From IMG/VR virus record IMGVR_UViG_3300035698_011327, positions 12,293-76,292 of that record: 64,000 bases of DNA, one strand, 5' to 3'. A program made the translations under genes and the position numbers. Every line of letters begins with the position of its first letter. The first letter of the stretch is position 1. Below the pieces are notes generated by a model. That model worked only from the letters and a program-made list of their open reading frames with translations. It ran no database searches and was not told the DNA's origin. Below, piece after piece: positions 9,982 through 18,507 of the stretch. Origin of the DNA: a virus.

Positions 9982-10536
9982 ATGCGAGACGAAGAATTTA
10001 TTTCTTGTGAGAAAATTATAGCATCTCTTGCTTACCGTTGGGTCAGGTTGCTTCCAAGGTCTGCGATGTACGATGCCAAAGATTTGATATCAGAAGGCTG
10101 GATAATTTACATTAAATGCTTGAAAGGATATGACGAGGATTATGGCGTCAAGTTTACAACCTATTTGTATGCTTCTGTGTATACGCAGTTTATTAAAATA
10201 GCACAGACAGAAGCAAGAAAGTGTCTGCCTAATAGGAAAGAAGGTTATGATTGCGTTGAACTTCCGACTAAGGTAGGTGAGACTCCTGATAGGCAAGTAA
10301 TGCTTATACAGGCACTTAATGCTATAGCCGAAGTATCCGCTGATTTTGCTAAGATGATAGTTGAAGGGGTTCCAGAAGAACTCGTGATACAGTCAAGAAG
10401 GCTAAGAAGGCATAAGGCTAGAAGGAATAGGTTTGATAATCCATCTTTTAATGTAACATATCCGAATAGTATGATAGAAGATTATTTTGGCGTGAGCTTA
10501 AAAGAATTGGAGAAGATAGTAAATAACTATATTTGA
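9982..10536 (+). CDS. sigma-70 region 2-like phage transcription factor
   Basis: DAKDLISEGWIIYIKCLKGYDEDYGVKFTTYLY resembles sigma region 2 (DLxQEG...FD...G.KFSTYA). Confidence 0.7.
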   Translation: MRDEEFISCEKIIASLAYRWVRLLPRSAMYDAKDLISEGWIIYIKCLKGYDEDYGVKFTTYLYASVYTQFIKIAQTEARKCLPNRKEGYDCVELPTKVGETPDRQVMLIQALNAIAEVSADFAKMIVEGVPEELVIQSRRLRRHKARRNRFDNPSFNVTYPNSMIEDYFGVSLKELEKIVNNYI

Positions 10537-10565
10537 ATAGGTTCGAAATGCTGTTAACATAAACA

Positions 10566-11417
10566 ATGAAAGAGGAGGACGGTATGGTAGATGTTAATTA
10601 CAAAATGCTTCAGGATAATGTAAAGGCACTTAACGATGCTTGTGGGACAGAGATCAAGGTTATCTCGGTGAAAAAGGATTCCTTGATTAAGAATTTCAAG
10701 GATGCTATGGAGAATGGCCTTGAAGGTGTACCGCAGAATATCGCTGAGTATTACGCTGCTACTTTCGGCACAAAAGCGCCACCGGATGCTGAAGAAGCAG
10801 AGAAAGATGCTGAAGAGACACCGGATGCTGAAGAAAAGGTTAAAGATGTTACCGCCTTTGGTAACTCCGTTGCCGATTTGGCTGGGTTCGCTACGATCCT
10901 TAAGATTGAAGTGACCGAAGCAACGACAGCCCAGAAGCTTGAGACCGCTATCCTTGCGGGTTTGGATAAGCTCAAGGATGTCGAATGGAATGCTCTCCCA
11001 AAACCGATCCAAGATTGGGACTTGGGTATGACCGACAAGCTTAATGCTTCGAAAGCGACAGCCAAGGATGAAAAGAAAAAGGCTGCTGCGGCTAAAAAGA
11101 AAGCGGATGCTCCTGAAGGTGAGCCGGCCAAGAAGAAAGAGCACGGAGCACGCCCTGACTTCAAGTTCTCCGAAGGGACGAACGCTGCTGAGATCATGGA
11201 TGTCTTCGGCAAACTCTTTGCCGCAAGCAAGGGTGAAGGTGTTAAGCTGAAAGACCTTCAAGATGCGTCCGTTAAGGCGAAGGTCAAGTCTGGTAACATT
11301 CCTGGCCGTGTAACCGCCGTTGTACGGTACGCTATGACGGAAGAAGGTGGCTCTCAGGTCGTCAAAGTTGGCGGGTTGGTATTCCCTGCTGATAAGGCAC
11401 CGACAGAGAAGAAATAA
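10566..11417 (+). CDS. Ala/Lys/Glu-rich protein, possibly DNA-binding/nucleoid-like
   Basis: Low-complexity KKKAAAAKKK linker, PDAEE repeat; followed by a long hairpin. Confidence 0.65.
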   Translation: MKEEDGMVDVNYKMLQDNVKALNDACGTEIKVISVKKDSLIKNFKDAMENGLEGVPQNIAEYYAATFGTKAPPDAEEAEKDAEETPDAEEKVKDVTAFGNSVADLAGFATILKIEVTEATTAQKLETAILAGLDKLKDVEWNALPKPIQDWDLGMTDKLNASKATAKDEKKKAAAAKKKADAPEGEPAKKKEHGARPDFKFSEGTNAAEIMDVFGKLFAASKGEGVKLKDLQDASVKAKVKSGNIPGRVTAVVRYAMTEEGGSQVVKVGGLVFPADKAPTEKK

Positions 11418-11423
11418 GGGTTA

Positions 11424-11482
11424 GGCAGGGGAGATTGTCTTATTAGGGTACGCATCGTGTGTATTGATAATCTCCTTTGCCT
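11424..11482 (+). terminator. long hairpin, possible terminator
   Basis: AGGCAGGGGAGATTGTC...GATAATCTCCTTTGCCT inverted repeat directly after the stop codon. Confidence 0.4.
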
Positions 11483-11498
11483 TCTTATTGGAGGCTCT

Positions 11499-11777
11499 AT
11501 GTATAGACCATTTCCAGAAAGAATGATGAGAGAAGATAGTGGATGGGGTATGGACCCTATCTTCTATTCGATAGGAAATCATTACGATGAACGTTTAAGA
11601 ACAACCCTTAGAGACGGTTGGTATTTTTACGATGAAGTCTGGGCTACTCCTATTGGCCCGTATAAAACAGAATGGGACGCAGAAAAGATGTTAAGCCTCT
11701 ATTGCTTTGACATCAGAGGTTGTGGAGAATGTGAGTTACTGTATATTGATTTTAGCAGAATGTCAGCTGTATCTTAA
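11499..11777 (+). CDS. hypothetical protein
   Basis: GGAGG RBS; GWYFYDEVW...GPY motif. Confidence 0.55.
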   Translation: MYRPFPERMMREDSGWGMDPIFYSIGNHYDERLRTTLRDGWYFYDEVWATPIGPYKTEWDAEKMLSLYCFDIRGCGECELLYIDFSRMSAVS

Positions 11778-11797
11778 TTTCATCAAAAGGCGGGGAT

Positions 11798-12742
11798 ATG
11801 AAAAGAATATTGATTATCGGGGCAGGAATTTCTGGTATGATAGCAGAAGGGGCTTTCTCTGAAGACCCTGATAACCAAGTGATGGTCATAGACCCGTTTT
11901 TTGACGAGCATAAGATTATGTCATCTCATAAAGCTGTGATGAGGTTGAGAGATGAGCGCATAAAAAAGTACGTTCCTTGCGACTTACAGGAAATAGTTGC
12001 ACACAAGGCTATAGTAACTGATGGTAAAATAGTGGACAGCCCTACAATCCGACTTAATAACCTGTACAGTCTCAAGACTTATGGCTCTCTTGGTGTGAGA
12101 TCGCTAAATGATCTTGGAGCGCAAAAAAGATTCTTATTCAATCGGTTCAAAAAGACAGACTGGAATTTATATGATAAAGATAAGCTACTTGGCGTGGCCA
12201 AAAAAGCTTGTTGGACGAGTAAATTTGAGCACTTAGAATACGATATCTGTATAAGCACCATCCCTATGCCACATCTGCTAAAAATCACTATGGAATTTAT
12301 GTGGCCGTCTGATATTGTATTCAAGTCCAATCCTATCTACATAACGACAGGGACTCTAATTATAGATTCAAACGTACACCAGACCCTATACTTTGTTGAT
12401 TCAGAGACTCCGATTTACAGAGCTACAATTGAGAGTAAGTCGATTCTTATAGAGGCAATAGAGGAGCCTGATAACGACGATATAGAATACTGTATCAGCT
12501 GCTTTGGTATAGAGCTGTCCCATGTTACCAATTGGAAAAGAACAGAACAGAAAATGGGAAAGATATTTCCTATTGACGACACGGTGCGGAAAAGAATAAT
12601 GATGGATTTAACAGAGCACTATAATGTGTACTCGTTTGGTAGATTTGCTACTTGGAAATCCTTGCGAATAGATCAGACGTTAGATGATATTGAAAGAATT
12701 AAGATGATGATAAAGGTTAGATCTGGGGACTACTATTCGTGA
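11798..12742 (+). CDS. FAD/NAD(P)-dependent oxidoreductase
   Basis: Rossmann IIGAGISG, ISTIPMP, C-terminal SFGRFATW. Confidence 0.75.
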   Translation: MKRILIIGAGISGMIAEGAFSEDPDNQVMVIDPFFDEHKIMSSHKAVMRLRDERIKKYVPCDLQEIVAHKAIVTDGKIVDSPTIRLNNLYSLKTYGSLGVRSLNDLGAQKRFLFNRFKKTDWNLYDKDKLLGVAKKACWTSKFEHLEYDICISTIPMPHLLKITMEFMWPSDIVFKSNPIYITTGTLIIDSNVHQTLYFVDSETPIYRATIESKSILIEAIEEPDNDDIEYCISCFGIELSHVTNWKRTEQKMGKIFPIDDTVRKRIMMDLTEHYNVYSFGRFATWKSLRIDQTLDDIERIKMMIKVRSGDYYS

Positions 12743-12824
12743 CTCATTGCTAAAAATAACGCTTTACTTATCCTCTAAAATATAATACATAGTAGATGAC
12801 TATGATAGCGATACTTAAGACATC

Positions 12825-12896
12825 GAACCTTGAGAGTCCTTTTCCGGTGACGGATTATGGGCAGCCGTCGCTGGCTGTAGTCAACTCTCAAGGTTT
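12825..12896 (+). ncRNA. structured three-way-junction leader, copy 2
   Basis: Outer stem CCTTGAGAGT/ACTCTCAAGG, TCCG-GTGA-CGGA hairpin, GCAGCC/GGCTGT hairpin; covaries with copy 1. Confidence 0.6.
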
Positions 12897-12914
12897 TTCT
12901 ATTTAGGAGATGCT

Positions 12915-13682
12915 ATGAAAAGAAAGAGGAGGACATGTAAATGTGGGTGTGGAGATCCAGTGAAACTAGGTGGTGATCTATTTATACCAACATTGTCGAT
13001 TAAGAAAAAGCTTGGTGAGATAGAAGAATATTATTTACATAAATATCAGGACAAGGGGATACCCCCTCTTCCAAAACTTGACCATAAAGAGGTCATTAAA
13101 GAGCTTTATATTTTCAGAGAAGCAACGAATCTCTTACACCTTAAGACTATCCTTTCAAATGAGTTCTTGTGCTTTGAAGCAGCTCAAGGTCTTATGCTTG
13201 ATCAGGACTATGGAGATTTCCCTTACGTCACTCGTTCAAAAACAGGCATCGACTATGCGGCTAATTTCTGTTCCGGTCTGGGTATCGACATAGATAAGAC
13301 GATCTATGTCACAAGAGCTTACAATACAAGACATGGTGCTGGGCCTCTTAGAGGTGAAGGAAAAATGGAGTCATTCTCAACTGGGATAGATGTAACTAAT
13401 ATCTATAATAGTTGGCAAGACAGCCTAAGATTTGCTCCGATTAATCTTGATCGGATGAGTCAAGTTATCTTAAAAGATAGGGATATTTATAATCGGTCTG
13501 AAAAGATTCGGATGATGACTCACTTAGATACGATACCAGAAGAAACAAGGTCCATCATATTTGACGATGAGATACGCCTATCGAAAGGGGCTTTCATCGG
13601 AATAGCAGAGTATGCGTACGACATTGTCTCCTATGGTCCACGTAGATGGGATGTTGAATTAACAAAAGAATTATCATTGTAA
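12915..13682 (+). pseudogene. purA: C-terminal half of an adenylosuccinate synthetase-like protein fused to an HNH-type N-terminal stub
   Basis: FEAAQGLMLDQDYGDFPYVTRS and VTRAYNTRHGAGP are PurA motifs; N-terminal GDEGKG P-loop is absent; ORF starts MKRKRRTCKCGCG like the HNH genes. Confidence 0.7.
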
Positions 13683-13693
13683 AATCTTTTTTC

Positions 13694-13752
13694 TTTACTT
13701 TTTAGGTTATCACGGTATAACTAAGTAACGAAAGAAATTTGTTCTTTGAAAA
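13694..13752 (+). promoter_or_regulatory. promoter plus rrn-type boxA antitermination element
   Basis: TTTACT-16 nt-TATAAC, followed by TGTTCTTTGAAAA at 13740-13752. Confidence 0.55.
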
Positions 13753-13754
13753 TT

Positions 13755-13962
13755 TAGACGGTACTTTGAATGCTTACACGCAAATTATAGGTTCGAATCC
13801 TATAGTCCCCACCATTTTAGCAGATTGTGGCCATGGCCACTGGCCAAACGAGTCGCCAAGCGTCTTGGCGGGCCATTTTATGGGGACTTGGCGCAATTGG
13901 TGACGCACTATCATATTGAGATAGCTTCAAAAGCAACGACAGCACTCTTGACTCACCGTCTA
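13755..13962 (+). ncRNA. Y-RNA-like module 1 containing a circularly permuted tRNA-like domain (YrlA-like)
   Basis: Closing stem TAGACGGT/ACCGTCTA; T-arm ATAGG-TTCGAAT-CCTAT and AGTCCCC-A-CCA precede GGGGACT and the D-arm. Confidence 0.7.
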
Positions 13963-13972
13963 TTACATCTTC

Positions 13973-14100
13973 TCCAGCAGTACCACTAAGGCATACATGC
14001 AAAAATAGCTCAATTGGTTGAGCATTAGACTCTTAATCTAACTGTTACGGGTTCAAGTCCCGTTTTTTATACCATACGGCCTTTATAACTCACTGCTGGA
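13973..14100 (+). ncRNA. Y-RNA-like module 2 enclosing tRNA-Lys
   Basis: TCCAGCAGT/ACTGCTGGA closing stem, TAAGGC-ATACATGC, AACTC. Confidence 0.65.
13999..14074 (+). tRNA. tRNA-Lys(CTT), weak acceptor stem, nested in module 2
   Basis: Cloverleaf: GCTC/GAGC, TTAGA-CTCTTAA-TCTAA, ACGGG-TTCAAGT-CCCGT, ACCA end; acceptor GCAAAAA/TTTTTAT has a mismatch. Confidence 0.7.
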
Positions 14101-14107
14101 AATTTTC

Positions 14108-14171
14108 GCACAGAACTTCTTGTCCATACATGCCATGGAACCGCAAACAAAGGACATATGACTCTCTGTGC
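14108..14171 (+). ncRNA. Y-RNA-like module 3 (minimal)
   Basis: GCACAGA-AC..TGTCC-ATACATGC...GGACA..GACTC-TCTGTGC. Confidence 0.65.
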
Positions 14172-14181
14172 TTCGTCTTCT

Positions 14182-14288
14182 AAGGTAGCACTCTTAGAGC
14201 ATACATGCGACCAAAGGACTCATACTCCTGCCAAAAGTGTAGGCACGCAAACCTACAGATTCATCCTGCTCTTAGGACTCGCTGCCTT
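14182..14288 (+). ncRNA. Y-RNA-like module 4
   Basis: AAGGTAGC-AC..TAGAGC-ATACATGC...GCTCTTA-G-GACTC-GCTGCCTT. Confidence 0.65.
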
Positions 14289-14326
14289 TCACATTTTATA
14301 AACCACAATCTATGAAAGGAGCAACT

Positions 14327-15799
14327 ATGACTGAAAGGGAAACGATCAGCAGAAACCAGATTGTCTCTGGCCTCCTACGCATAGGCCATGGCGACTTGGG
14401 TATCTACCAAAGCGACGGTATTGCTGCGGCTAACGAGGATGCCGAATTATTTGGGCACTTCTTGTGCTGGAACAGCAAGAACGGTGAGGTTAGAGACTCT
14501 AAGGTTGCCTTTCCTGTGTTAGCCTTGAGAGGAATAGCGGACGATGAGCTATTTGAAAATGCGGTAGCCAATCTCTGCTTACTTGACCCAAGGAATTTCC
14601 TGAGGGCAGTAACCTACCACAAATCATTACCTGTAAAGGTAACGGATGGTGGAGGGGCCTTTCTTAAAAAGGCCGTCAAGATGTACCTTAAGCATAGGCA
14701 GCATGGAGGCTTACGGAACAGCGCCCTTCTTCAGCACAGAAAATCTATGAAGGCGTTGTATGCTCTTTATCACGAAACCCCTGATCCAGTTTCACAGGCA
14801 GTTCTTTTTGATAAGAAAAAGCCTAAAGGGTCTGTCTTTGAAGCAGTAGCTAACCTTAAAGATATGACACCTACGAAAGCCGCTGGTGAAATCATGACAA
14901 AGAAGATTCCATTCCTTGTCGCTGTCGGTGCTCTTGGTGGGATCAAAGATAAACCGGACGTCATAATCGCTTTGATGGATAGGATGTCTGGTAGCGAGTT
15001 AATCAATAACACGAAATCCCTTAAGAGGATGGGCGTTTTTGAAAACCCAGTGCTTTCTGCCGCTTACGAACAAGCTTTGGAAAAAGTAAAAACGGACAAG
15101 AAAGTGTCAAGCCTTAAGGCTAGCGTTGCCGCAAAACAGGTAGGAGGCAAGGCTAAGAAGAAGATGAAGGCAGTCCAAGAGAAAAAGCTTGTTGACCTTG
15201 GAGGCATTAAAGGCGACTGGCTTGTTCTTGGAGATGCAAGTAGCAGTATGCATGCTTCTGTAGAGATTGCTAAGCAAGTTGCTGCTCTTATTTCTCAGCA
15301 AGCGTTAGGTACGGTTGACCTTATCTTCTTTAATCAAAATGTCATCAAGCATATAGATGCTACTAATAAGACTCTTGAGGAAATTGAGCACGAAGCAAGG
15401 CTTGTTAGGGCAGGCGGGATGACTTCTTGTGGCGCTGGAATCGACTATATCAAGCGTCAAGGAAGGGTTGTTAATGGTATAGCGATTATTACCGATGGTG
15501 GCGAGAATCAATGGCCACATTTTAGCGATGCATATATTGAGTATTCAGACCTGCTTGGTATAAAGCCAGCCGTCTACATGTACCACATTAGTGGTGATCG
15601 GGATACTATGAGTGTGCATTGTAAGCAGCAGCAAGTACAGACCGAGAGGTTTGAGCTTGGTCACGATGTAGACTATTACAGTCTGCCTAATCTTATTAAG
15701 ACTATGAGAGCAAACCGCTATGCTTTGGTAGATGAGATGATGGAGATTCCACTTTTAACCTTAAAGGACGTTTTTAGCGGAAACGGAAAGAGATCATAA
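14327..15799 (+). CDS. Ro60/TROVE-like protein with C-terminal vWA domain
   Basis: Helical N-terminal ~290 aa followed by vWA MIDAS VLGDASSSM, GGMT, IITDGGEN; ~490 aa, matching Ro60 architecture. Confidence 0.65.
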   Translation: MTERETISRNQIVSGLLRIGHGDLGIYQSDGIAAANEDAELFGHFLCWNSKNGEVRDSKVAFPVLALRGIADDELFENAVANLCLLDPRNFLRAVTYHKSLPVKVTDGGGAFLKKAVKMYLKHRQHGGLRNSALLQHRKSMKALYALYHETPDPVSQAVLFDKKKPKGSVFEAVANLKDMTPTKAAGEIMTKKIPFLVAVGALGGIKDKPDVIIALMDRMSGSELINNTKSLKRMGVFENPVLSAAYEQALEKVKTDKKVSSLKASVAAKQVGGKAKKKMKAVQEKKLVDLGGIKGDWLVLGDASSSMHASVEIAKQVAALISQQALGTVDLIFFNQNVIKHIDATNKTLEEIEHEARLVRAGGMTSCGAGIDYIKRQGRVVNGIAIITDGGENQWPHFSDAYIEYSDLLGIKPAVYMYHISGDRDTMSVHCKQQQVQTERFELGHDVDYYSLPNLIKTMRANRYALVDEMMEIPLLTLKDVFSGNGKRS

Positions 15800-15800
15800 G

Positions 15801-16109
15801 ATGAATGTAAATGCTATCAGATCCATCATCAGCAATATCGATGGTGGGGGAACCGACGATCTAATTCTGGCGAAACAAAATGCTCAGCTGCTTTTGACTG
15901 GGTATGAAGAGGCAAATGTCTCTGCGCCTGATTGGGTTTACGATGGGATCAACGTCCTTAAGAGGGAGATTGATCACCGTAACAAGGCTGAGCTTGAGCT
16001 TCGGCTTAAGAAATTGAAAGCCCAGAGAGAAGGCCTGTCTACTATCGCTGAGAAGCGGAAATCTGCCGACGACGAGATTGAACGCCTTCAGAAGGCACTT
16101 AATGCCTAA
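15801..16109 (+). CDS. coiled-coil protein, probably co-transcribed with the vWA protein
   Basis: Starts 1 nt after the previous stop; heptad pattern. Confidence 0.65.
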   Translation: MNVNAIRSIISNIDGGGTDDLILAKQNAQLLLTGYEEANVSAPDWVYDGINVLKREIDHRNKAELELRLKKLKAQREGLSTIAEKRKSADDEIERLQKALNA

Positions 16110-16118
16110 CCTTTTACC

Positions 16119-16140
16119 GGGGTCACCTTCGGGTGACCCC
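16119..16140 (+). terminator. cUUCGg tetraloop hairpin (terminator or stabiliser)
   Basis: GGGGTCACC-TTCG-GGTGACCCC perfect 9-bp stem. Confidence 0.55.
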
Positions 16141-16153
16141 TAAAGGGGCTTAC

Positions 16154-16933
16154 ATGGAAATCACCCTCCTAGATACAAACAATCTAGCTCAAGAATTACT
16201 CATCATGAGCAAAAATACCAGACATCTTGACGACCCTAATGTCTGGGATCAAATCTTAAAAATGTCCGAAGCAGAAAAAGCCAAAGAGCTTGAGTATGTC
16301 TTCGGCACAATCACTTCTGCTTTTGAGTTTGTAGATTATGTCTTTTTACTTAGGGACGTAACAAGAGCATTCACCCACCAAGTCGTCCGACACCGAGTCG
16401 GGACAAGCTTTGCTCAACAGAGTATGCGTGTCGCCCCGGCAGAAGCCTTTAAATATTTCGTGCCTGATGACCTTGAGAGAGATCAGTATCAGATTGCCGT
16501 CTACGATTCAACTATGATGAGCATACAGGAAGGATACAATCTCCTCCTAAATAAAGGCACAGACGTACAAGACGCACGTGGAGTACTCCCAACGAATATC
16601 TGTACGAATATACTGATGAAGATTAACCTCCGTGCTTTGGCGTTGCTTATGGAGACTCGACTCTGTATTCGTGCACAAGGTGAATTTCAACAAGTGGCCT
16701 TGGCTATGAAAGAGATCGTATCTGAAATCCATCCTTGGGCTGCTCACCTGTTGTTTCCGATGTGTGTTGCTAAAAACCACTGCCAATTTATAAATTTTAA
16801 AGAGTGTCCTTTAAAAAACAAGTATCCACACCTACAACCTATTAAAGGCGATCTCAAATCGAAAGTTGAGAATGATTGGATGAAACTAATGGAACATAAT
16901 TACTCTCCGCAACCAAAACAATCTATCATATAG
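16154..16933 (+). CDS. thyX: FAD-dependent thymidylate synthase ThyX
   Basis: HQVVRHRVGTSFAQQSMR, DARGVLP, INLRAL...RLC.RAQGE. Confidence 0.9.
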   Translation: MEITLLDTNNLAQELLIMSKNTRHLDDPNVWDQILKMSEAEKAKELEYVFGTITSAFEFVDYVFLLRDVTRAFTHQVVRHRVGTSFAQQSMRVAPAEAFKYFVPDDLERDQYQIAVYDSTMMSIQEGYNLLLNKGTDVQDARGVLPTNICTNILMKINLRALALLMETRLCIRAQGEFQQVALAMKEIVSEIHPWAAHLLFPMCVAKNHCQFINFKECPLKNKYPHLQPIKGDLKSKVENDWMKLMEHNYSPQPKQSII

Positions 16934-16941
16934 GGGGCAAA

Positions 16942-17919
16942 ATGGCAAAGAAAATGTCGATAGATGAGATGACCGATATAATAACAAACCCAAAAAGAAA
17001 GGCGATGCTCGACATAGGCTGCGGAATGAATAAGCGCAGCGAAAACCATATAGGCATAGATATTTCTGCACGTGTAGAGCCAGAGATCGTCTGTGACGTG
17101 ACGAAACAAGAACTCCCGTTTGAAGCTAATAGCATAGATGTCATTAACTCAGCCCATACTTTTGAACACTTCTCCAAAGAAGAACTCATGGTAGTTATGA
17201 ACGAGTGCTGGAGAGTGCTTAAATGGGGAGGTGAGCTTTTCATTCAAGTTCCGCATAGAGATTGTGAATTAGCAGCACAAGACCCAACCCACAAGAACAC
17301 TTTCGTTCAAAGCAGTATGAAGTTTTTCTGCGGAGACTATCTCGTTAAGTATGGCCTTGACTATCCGATCAAGTGTATCTTCCGTGAATTTATGAATACA
17401 CACGATAAGGTGCCAGGAAAAGCTCCGACATATATCACGATGATAAAATTCGGCTTAAAAAAAGACTTGAAGCATTGGAGGAAACTTGTCGGGAAATTTC
17501 CTTTTGGTGGGAAACTTAAACAGCGTGCTCTTAAGCTTGACATGGTAACAGACGTTATAAAGGAGCAGAAAAAACTCCGCTTTGATCCAGAGTGGTATAG
17601 CGATACCACTTGGAACACAAAGCATAACGTTGAATTCTCTGGTGTTATGAAGCGTACCGCTAAGCAAGCAATCAATAAGCACTTTAGAAGGATGATGAAG
17701 ATAAAGGCTGATGCGACAAAGCGGTACGGCACGAACCCTGCTCACCTTGGGGTTAAGGGTCTTTTCGCAGACCTTAACAGGAAGAATGAAAGGCTGAAAC
17801 AGTATATGTGGGAAGGTGAGAAGGTGACGTCAGAGGATATCAAAGATACGCTCTATGATAATGCTATATATTCAATATTAGCAGTCATGGAGATTGAAGA
17901 GGAGGAGAATGATGTCTAA
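16942..17919 (+). CDS. SAM-dependent methyltransferase fused to a nucleotide-modification-associated (DUF1599/Nmad1-like) domain
   Basis: LDIGCG, HTFEH, RVLKWGG, DPTH; C-terminal RYG...DLNRKNERLK...EDIKDTLYDNAIYSIL. Confidence 0.7.
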   Translation: MAKKMSIDEMTDIITNPKRKAMLDIGCGMNKRSENHIGIDISARVEPEIVCDVTKQELPFEANSIDVINSAHTFEHFSKEELMVVMNECWRVLKWGGELFIQVPHRDCELAAQDPTHKNTFVQSSMKFFCGDYLVKYGLDYPIKCIFREFMNTHDKVPGKAPTYITMIKFGLKKDLKHWRKLVGKFPFGGKLKQRALKLDMVTDVIKEQKKLRFDPEWYSDTTWNTKHNVEFSGVMKRTAKQAINKHFRRMMKIKADATKRYGTNPAHLGVKGLFADLNRKNERLKQYMWEGEKVTSEDIKDTLYDNAIYSILAVMEIEEEENDV

Positions 17920-18322
17920 AGTATTAGAAGGGAAGGTTGTTGCAGTCGATTTCGATGGCACAATCGTAGGGTATACCGGCTGGAAAGGCGTAGGCGTTTT
18001 TGGTAAAGTCCTTGACGGTGCTAAGTGGGCGTTAGATCAGATGAAGAAAGAAGGAGCGACGATAATCATCAATACGTGTAGACGTGAAGTTGATATCGTG
18101 AACTCTTATCTGATTGACAACGAAATAGAATTTGATTACATAAACTTTAACCCTGAGAATAAAAAACTTAAACTGAGTGATAGCAAAGTCAAGGCTGACT
18201 TTTATATCGACGACAAAGGTATATCATTCAGAGGAGATTGGCGAGAGACATATCTAAGCCTTATTAATTTCAAGACACATTGGGAGCGAGATGGCAGCGC
18301 CATATCGAGTGATACGGTTTGA
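17912..18322 (+). CDS. HAD-superfamily phosphatase
   Basis: VAVDFDGTI, INTCR, KADFYIDDK. Confidence 0.8.
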   Translation: MSKVLEGKVVAVDFDGTIVGYTGWKGVGVFGKVLDGAKWALDQMKKEGATIIINTCRREVDIVNSYLIDNEIEFDYINFNPENKKLKLSDSKVKADFYIDDKGISFRGDWRETYLSLINFKTHWERDGSAISSDTV

Positions 18323-18507
18323 CAGAAAGGGCCATGAGCGTAACAGAAGTTGCTGAAGAAGTCAAGAATGTTGTTTTCTTTCTTGAAGAAAAGGGGTATA
18401 CTCCTATGCAAATCACAGCTATCTGTGCCTCAGCAACTTCTACAGCAAAAGAAACGATGGCCCTTCTGAGTATGATTGATTATGTTAGAAGGAACATAAA
18501 AGATTAA
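18319..18507 (+). CDS. hypothetical protein
   Basis: Short ORF in the operon. Confidence 0.45.
   Translation: MTERAMSVTEVAEEVKNVVFFLEEKGYTPMQITAICASATSTAKETMALLSMIDYVRRNIKD

Noticed and set aside
10554-11261. Long antisense ORFs (e.g. 10554-11261, 30399-30818, 26844-27344)
   Set aside because: They are shadows of codon-biased sense genes, with no RBS or recognisable motifs.
12915-13682. PurZ / Z-genome (2-aminoadenine) pathway
   Set aside because: The N-terminal region that distinguishes PurZ from PurA is missing, and no DatZ/MazZ-like partners are recognisable here.
13782-13945. Two-piece (permuted) tmRNA
   Set aside because: The acceptor has G3-C70 rather than the G3.U70 alanine determinant, a true D-stem is present, and no tag reading frame is evident.
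13755-14288. CRISPR array
   Set aside because: The units conserve structure and short words, not identical direct repeats; inserts vary from 18 to ~160 nt; no cas genes are present.
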